NCBI GenBank assembly: GCA_043821365.1
Contig: JBDRCX010000006.1
Location: forward strand, 640,001 to 704,000
Source: Candidatus Micrarchaeota archaeon
Lineage (GTDB): Archaea > Micrarchaeota > Micrarchaeia > Anstonellales > Bilamarchaeaceae
Length of the DNA stretch: 64,000 nt
Direction: 5' to 3'
The notes under the pieces are model-generated. The model ran no database searches, had not been told where the DNA came from, and worked only from the letters and a program-made list of their open reading frames with translations. Each line of letters begins with the position of its first letter. The first letter of the stretch is position 1. The position numbers and the translations under genes are program-made. Below, piece by piece: positions 58,933 to 64,000 of the stretch.

Positions 58933-59870
58933 TCCCACCACTGTCCAAATAAACATCCAATTTCTTTTACTAAATCCTTTTCTTCTATTTCACATTTAAA
59001 TTGTTCTACTGTTTTTGGGCCAATTATTGGTTTATCATTAATGAAAAATGTTGGTGTAGCATAAATATGCGAATCTTTTCCTTGTTGTATGTATAATTCA
59101 AGTTCGTCAGTTGTTCTGTTATTATCATAACAGTCGTTAAATTTAGTCATGTCCAGTCCGGAACTATTGGCCAACTCCTTTATGTCAAGTACTCCATCAG
59201 TTATACAAACCTCTTGCATGCTGAATATATTATCCTGTAATTCAAGATGTTTTCCTTGGTCTCTTGCGCATAGAACAGCTTGTGCTGCTTCATAACTATA
59301 ATGGTGGTTTGGAAGTGGGAATGGTTTGAAAATATAGTAAACATCGTAATCATCTACAATCTGAAGTATTGGGGCCTCTGCTTTTTTGGTATATGGACAG
59401 ACAAAACAGCCAAATTCAACTATTTTTATACTTGCATTATCATTTCCAAAAGTTATTCCATCATACGAAGTTGGGGCTATCAAGTCTTTTGGTTCGCTAA
59501 ATCTTCCATAATCACCAGTTATATCATTTAGCACACAGCTATTTACACTGTCAGGACCATCACAATTTCCATAAACATAGAAATTATAAAGTCCGTAAAC
59601 TGTGTATGCAAAACTTCCGATTGTTAGAAGCACAAATATCCACGAGAAAATCATGAAATTTTTGTTCAATATTCTTGCTAAGAATGGTGAAAACTTCAAT
59701 AATTCGGTGACTAGTTTGGCCTTTATTATGTCATCTAATCCAGTATCGCATGGTTTGAAAGTTATCGTCCTAAAAACGCATTTAAGTCCTTCTTTTGCAA
59801 GTGGCCTATATTTTGCAGAAAAAATTGACAATACTGCAAATACAAAAAATGCGATTATACAAAGTACCAT
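58929..59870 (-). CDS. Membrane-anchored DsbA/thioredoxin-fold protein
   Basis: FGCFVCPYT (CxxC); ATPTFFIN (cis-Pro). Confidence 0.85.
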   Translation of the reverse strand: MVLCIIAFFVFAVLSIFSAKYRPLAKEGLKCVFRTITFKPCDTGLDDIIKAKLVTELLKFSPFLARILNKNFMIFSWIFVLLTIGSFAYTVYGLYNFYVYGNCDGPDSVNSCVLNDITGDYGRFSEPKDLIAPTSYDGITFGNDNASIKIVEFGCFVCPYTKKAEAPILQIVDDYDVYYIFKPFPLPNHHYSYEAAQAVLCARDQGKHLELQDNIFSMQEVCITDGVLDIKELANSSGLDMTKFNDCYDNNRTTDELELYIQQGKDSHIYATPTFFINDKPIIGPKTVEQFKCEIEEKDLVKEIGCLFGQWWE

Positions 59871-59886
59871 TTTTTCACCATATGTT

Positions 59887-60750
59887 TTACGCTTTTGTTA
59901 AGGTTGCAACAGTATATCCAGCTGCAAATACGCTAACTGCACCAATAAGAGCTGCCAGTATTCCCCCCAAAGTTGTCCCAAATCCTGCCAGGGCATAATC
60001 CATAATTGGTGCACTGTAAAATTCAGTTGCAGCATTGAAAAAACCAAGATTGATTGCAACTCTTTCAAGTCCATCCGGTTCTCCTGATGCAAATGGTAGT
60101 AGAATTGCAACTATTAAAAATGAGACTCCGGTTCCTGTTAATGCTAGTTTCCATGAAAGATTTTGTAATTTATTTGTAAATGTCGAAATTGCTACTGTGA
60201 TAAGACCTTCCCCTATACCAATGATTGCATGTACTGTTGCCATTGCAGTTAAAGCAGGTAAAAAGCTCACAGTTCCACTTAATGCTAATTCTATTGCACA
60301 AACAATTGATGCAACTAAAACTGAGAACCAAGAGGCAACAAATCTTTTTACTAGTTCATTTGCTTGCAATCTATTCATAACAAAATTTGCTGAATAAATG
60401 GCAACAATTCCCATGTTGAATATGTTTGCTCCAAGTGCCAAAGTTCCACCATCTCCGAATACGAGAGTCTGTGTAACAAGTACCAAAGCCATGGAGATTA
60501 CTGCACCATCAATTCCCAGTATAAAGAGTGCAAGTGCAGCCCCAATCATATGTCCACTTGTTCCTTCTGCAATTGGGAAATTAAGCATCTGCCCAAGGAA
60601 TATTATGGCAGAAACAGTTGCAATTGCCATAATTTTTGAATTTGTGAGGTTTTTCCTTAAGTTTTTCAAAGCCAACGCTATTGGTATTGAAGATAGTAAT
60701 AAGAATAAAACACAAATCCAATTAGTGAGAAATCCATCTGGTGTGTGCAT
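59887..60750 (-). CDS. cbiM: CbiM/NikM ECF substrate component fused to a PDGLE (NikN) domain
   Basis: MHTPDGF N-terminus, GTSGH, EPDGLE. Confidence 0.85.
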   Translation of the reverse strand: MHTPDGFLTNWICVLFLLLSSIPIALALKNLRKNLTNSKIMAIATVSAIIFLGQMLNFPIAEGTSGHMIGAALALFILGIDGAVISMALVLVTQTLVFGDGGTLALGANIFNMGIVAIYSANFVMNRLQANELVKRFVASWFSVLVASIVCAIELALSGTVSFLPALTAMATVHAIIGIGEGLITVAISTFTNKLQNLSWKLALTGTGVSFLIVAILLPFASGEPDGLERVAINLGFFNAATEFYSAPIMDYALAGFGTTLGGILAALIGAVSVFAAGYTVATLTKA

Positions 60751-60800
60751 GCCTTTTTATCTTCATTATCTTTTTTAATTGAATCTGTGATTTTATTTTG

Positions 60801-61190
60801 ATGAAGATCTTAGTTTTTGGGAATTTGCTGGTAAAACAAGATTCTCTTGCCCTTAAACTAATGAAAAAACTATCAAAAGAATTCCCAGAGATTGAGTTCA
60901 AAGAATGTGATGGTGCAGAGTCAATCGAATCTGAGGGTAAGAACCTGCTAATTCTTGATGTTGCTCAAGGCATAAAAAAAGTGACCATACTGAATGGGAT
61001 GGATGATCTAGAGGTTACTCATCCATATTCAATGCATGATTTTGATCTTTCAATTACTCTGAGAATATTGAAAAAAATAAAAGTAATTGACTCGGTTAGG
61101 ATCATTGCCATTCCTATGCATTATAAAGAAAAACAAGCATTTGAAGAAGTCTCTAAAATCCTTTCCACTTTACTTTCAAAAAGTGTGTAG
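60801..61190 (+). CDS. Hydrogenase maturation protease-like protein
   Basis: VFGN.LVKQD, ILDV, SMHD motifs; adjacent to the large subunit. Confidence 0.7.
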   Translation: MKILVFGNLLVKQDSLALKLMKKLSKEFPEIEFKECDGAESIESEGKNLLILDVAQGIKKVTILNGMDDLEVTHPYSMHDFDLSITLRILKKIKVIDSVRIIAIPMHYKEKQAFEEVSKILSTLLSKSV

Positions 61191-62451
61191 CACAGCTCAT
61201 GCAAGGATCATAAGCACGTATTAGTTTTTCAAGTTCATATGGTATCCTACTTTTTTCCATTCCAACATCTATTTTTTCCTGCACTAATCCGCCTATGTCC
61301 TTATCCATTTTTATCTGATTCTGTGACGTTGGTATAACAAGATCAATAAATTCTACTTTACCAGCTTCATCTGTCTTTATATTGTAATAAAGTGTTCCCC
61401 TCGGAGCTTCTAAAACTCCAACTCCCTCAGCTTTTTTTGGTTTTATTGCCATTTTTGGTTCAGTTTTAAACTCAGTTGTTTCTAGAAGCTCTATTGCACT
61501 GTCTATGCAATGAACAATCTCTATTGCTTGGGCTAGATTATTGTGGAAGATATTATTTGATGGGAATACTTTGAGGTGTTTTGCTAAATCTTTTTGTGTA
61601 TCTTTATGGAGTGTATCTCTGCTAATATTCATCCTAGCAAGAGCACCAACAACATATGGTTTTCCAGCATATTCAAAACCAGGTGCCTGTGAATAAGGAA
61701 CAACAAATTTTTGCAAGTGTTCTCTAAAGTTTCTCTGAGGTATGCAGAAACCATCTGATGTCATTAAATGGCCGCCAAGGTAACTAAATGTATCATTTCT
61801 CAGCGCAATATATGTTGTTTCAGTATCAAATTTGAATTTTGATTTGTAGAATATATCTACAAATTCAATTGCAGGAGCTCGTATGTTTTTGAGTTTTTGT
61901 ATTAGTTCTTTTTTATCCTCATTTTTTGGTATTTTTAAAAATCCACCAACCTGGGGAAATGGAGAGTGTACTGCTCTTCCTCCAATAAAGACGCTGAGGT
62001 CATTTCCTACACTTTTAACATCAAATGCCTTATGAACAAGATCGTGCTCTGGTCCATCATCTGCAAAATCCAAAACAGAATCTTTACCAAATATATCCGG
62101 TAAACAAAACAAGTAAAGGTGCATTGCATGATCTCGTATATTAAGTCCATAGAGAAGCAAATCTCTCAATTTTATTGTTTGTTCTGATGGAATTATGTCA
62201 AATGCATTCTCAACTGCATTTATACAACACATGATGTGGGCAATGGAACAGGTACCACAAATCCTTGATACTAGTTGGTGAACTCCAATTGCCGGTTTTC
62301 CAGCAACTGCTTCATTGAAAAATCGTTTATTCTCATCTATCTTCAATTTTGCACGAACTACTTTTCCTTTTTTTACTTCAACATCTAAATCAGTATGTCC
62401 CTCTATCTTACTTAGATCTTGTATACTGATTTCAAAATCCTGGCTATGCAT
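61153..62451 (-). CDS. [NiFe]-hydrogenase large subunit (group 3b-like)
   Basis: RICGTC (L1), EAPRG, YDPCMSCATH (L2) with a C-terminal extension. Confidence 0.9.
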   Translation of the reverse strand: MHSQDFEISIQDLSKIEGHTDLDVEVKKGKVVRAKLKIDENKRFFNEAVAGKPAIGVHQLVSRICGTCSIAHIMCCINAVENAFDIIPSEQTIKLRDLLLYGLNIRDHAMHLYLFCLPDIFGKDSVLDFADDGPEHDLVHKAFDVKSVGNDLSVFIGGRAVHSPFPQVGGFLKIPKNEDKKELIQKLKNIRAPAIEFVDIFYKSKFKFDTETTYIALRNDTFSYLGGHLMTSDGFCIPQRNFREHLQKFVVPYSQAPGFEYAGKPYVVGALARMNISRDTLHKDTQKDLAKHLKVFPSNNIFHNNLAQAIEIVHCIDSAIELLETTEFKTEPKMAIKPKKAEGVGVLEAPRGTLYYNIKTDEAGKVEFIDLVIPTSQNQIKMDKDIGGLVQEKIDVGMEKSRIPYELEKLIRAYDPCMSCATHFLKVKWKGF

Positions 62452-62935
62452 CCTTTCCCTCCGCAATATTAAAAAGCTTCAAATATTTGTCCAATGTTTT
62501 CAAGAATGTTGCTTCAATCATGGGACAACCATCGACTTTGTCATCCACCTTAACTATCTCATCGAGTTTCAATACTTTTTCGTAAAGATTCCATTTATCT
62601 AGAAATGGCCGTATTTTTACTTTAACATGTTCCGGGAAATCATTTCTTTGCGCTGATGGATATCCCCCACAGGCGCAGGCACCAATGGCTACAAGGTACT
62701 TTGATTTTTTTCGTATTTCCAATAGCTTCTCCTTATCTCTGTCATTTGATATTGCTCCCTCAACAAATGAGACATCAAATTCATCGAATGTATTGTGTGA
62801 TTTTAGCATTTTACAGTATCTAAAATCGATGAGTTTTTTCCATGTGAAATAATTTTTGTTCATTAATTCTACAAATAGTATTGAGCTGTCTTCACAACAG
62901 GTAAAAGTAAACCAACCTATACGTAATTTTTTCAT
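62444..62935 (-). CDS. [NiFe]-hydrogenase small subunit (short form)
   Basis: TCCED, VEGA, GACACGG, GCP. Confidence 0.85.
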   Translation of the reverse strand: MKKLRIGWFTFTCCEDSSILFVELMNKNYFTWKKLIDFRYCKMLKSHNTFDEFDVSFVEGAISNDRDKEKLLEIRKKSKYLVAIGACACGGYPSAQRNDFPEHVKVKIRPFLDKWNLYEKVLKLDEIVKVDDKVDGCPMIEATFLKTLDKYLKLFNIAEGKDA

Positions 62936-62986
62936 TACACCAGATTATTAGCCAGAATTTAAAATACTTTTATGCGAACATAAGTC

Positions 62987-63880
62987 ATGCAACGTAATTA
63001 TTCATTAGGTATAATGTTGGCACTAGCAACAGCCATAATTAGCGGTATATCTGTTTTTATTAATGGAATTGCAGTAAATTCTGCCGATCCAATAGTATAT
63101 ACTATTATGAAAAATTCAGGTGTTTTATTATTTCTTTTTGCTACTGTTTTTGCTTTCAAAGAGATAAACAATTTCCGTAATCTTACAAAAAAACAATGGG
63201 CAACTCTTGTTTTAATTGGTATTATTGGTGGTAGCATCCCATTTGCATTATTTTTCTGGGGACTTAAGCTGGGTGGAGCAGTGATCGGCTCATTTATCTA
63301 TAGATCATTATTCATATTTGCAGGTGTATTCGGTTATCTTCTATTAAAGGAAAAACCAGAAAGAAATGATATAATCGCAGGAGTCTTACTTTTAGTTGGA
63401 AATGCAATTTTATTATCAGGTGAACTTACATTTGGATTTGCCCAATTATTAGTTCTTGGAGCAACAGTTCTATGGGCTTTAGAATATACAATATCCAGGA
63501 AAATTCTTGCTGATCTTCAACCAAGAACAGTAATGGTTTCAAGAATGTTTTTCGGTTCAATTGTTTTATCGCTGTTTGTTTTTGGTAGTGGAACTGCAAT
63601 TGCTATCGATGCCTCAATCCTACCTTGGTTGGGATTAACTGCACTTCTTTTATTTGGGTTTGTGATAACTTGGTACACTTCGCTGAAGTACATACCAGTT
63701 TTCAAAGCAACGGTGATCCTTGCTTTAGGTGGAATAATTACCACTGTACTCAATGTTGTTTTTCTAGATGCAATACTCTCTCTTACAGATCTACTGAGTA
63801 TACTGCTTATACTAACTGGAAGTTTAGTGGCTATGAATGCATTAAAATTAGTAAAAAAAATAAATTATTTAATTAGCTAA
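62987..63880 (+). CDS. EamA/DMT-family transporter
   Basis: About 10 TM helices in two EamA repeats. Confidence 0.85.
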   Translation: MQRNYSLGIMLALATAIISGISVFINGIAVNSADPIVYTIMKNSGVLLFLFATVFAFKEINNFRNLTKKQWATLVLIGIIGGSIPFALFFWGLKLGGAVIGSFIYRSLFIFAGVFGYLLLKEKPERNDIIAGVLLLVGNAILLSGELTFGFAQLLVLGATVLWALEYTISRKILADLQPRTVMVSRMFFGSIVLSLFVFGSGTAIAIDASILPWLGLTALLLFGFVITWYTSLKYIPVFKATVILALGGIITTVLNVVFLDAILSLTDLLSILLILTGSLVAMNALKLVKKINYLIS

Positions 63881-64000
63881 GCTTGTGCCATTGGTCTGTT
63901 GTCAGTTCCTGTTGATGCGTAAATGTGGCCGTCTTCAGGAGGTTGTTTTTTTCTTCGTTGTGCAAAACTATATACTGGTGGACTGACAATATCATCGTTG
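63877..64000 (-). CDS. 3' end of a partial hypothetical CDS
   Basis: Open frame NDDIVSPPVYSFAQRRKKQPPEDGHIYASTGTDNRPMAQA* running from the window edge. Confidence 0.35.
   Translation of the reverse strand, partial: NDDIVSPPVYSFAQRRKKQPPEDGHIYASTGTDNRPMAQA

Noticed and set aside
5005-60778. Numerous antisense or overlapping ORFs in the track (e.g. 92-430, 5005-5370, 37492-38010, 43048-43425, 44788-45114, 60035-60778)
   Set aside because: They shadow well-supported genes or tRNAs on the other strand or frame and lack motifs.
1-64000. CRISPR array, rRNA genes, integrase or transposase genes
   Set aside because: No regularly spaced repeat-spacer array, rRNA-like sequence or recombinase ORF seen; the 114-nt repeats are coding.

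Overview
64-kb AT-rich chromosomal segment of an archaeon, most likely DPANN/Micrarchaeota-like. The taxonomy is inferred from archaeal RtcB plus archease, short XPF, a Lon-like ATPase, intron-rich tRNAs without encoded CCA, TATA-proximal starts and many Cys-rich surface proteins. Left to right: (1) a toxin-antitoxin/Fic hotspot around an intron-containing tRNA-Glu; (2) a sulfate-activation (CysD/CysN) and surface-glycosylation cluster; (3) three modular surface-protein paralogues with near-identical DNA modules; (4) a free-standing LAGLIDADG gene, rtcB and archease; (5) housekeeping genes, tRNA-Asn with two introns and a lipoprotein-rich block; (6) Lon-like ATPase, SLT-domain protein, XPF, tRNA-His with a D-loop intron; (7) nickel transport and a [NiFe]-hydrogenase. 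Top candidate for an undescribed system: rtcB is broken by a 28-nt stop-containing hairpin insertion with bulge-helix-bulge-like geometry. Its exact removal restores the conserved DGHSGYG motif, so the tRNA ligase mRNA may need tRNA-type splicing and ligation by its own product. The same gene carries an intein in front of the catalytic Cys. The tRNA introns are built from related T/A-rich hairpin modules, and one four-way-junction module recurs upstream of archease. All structures and family calls were made by eye; no searches were run.
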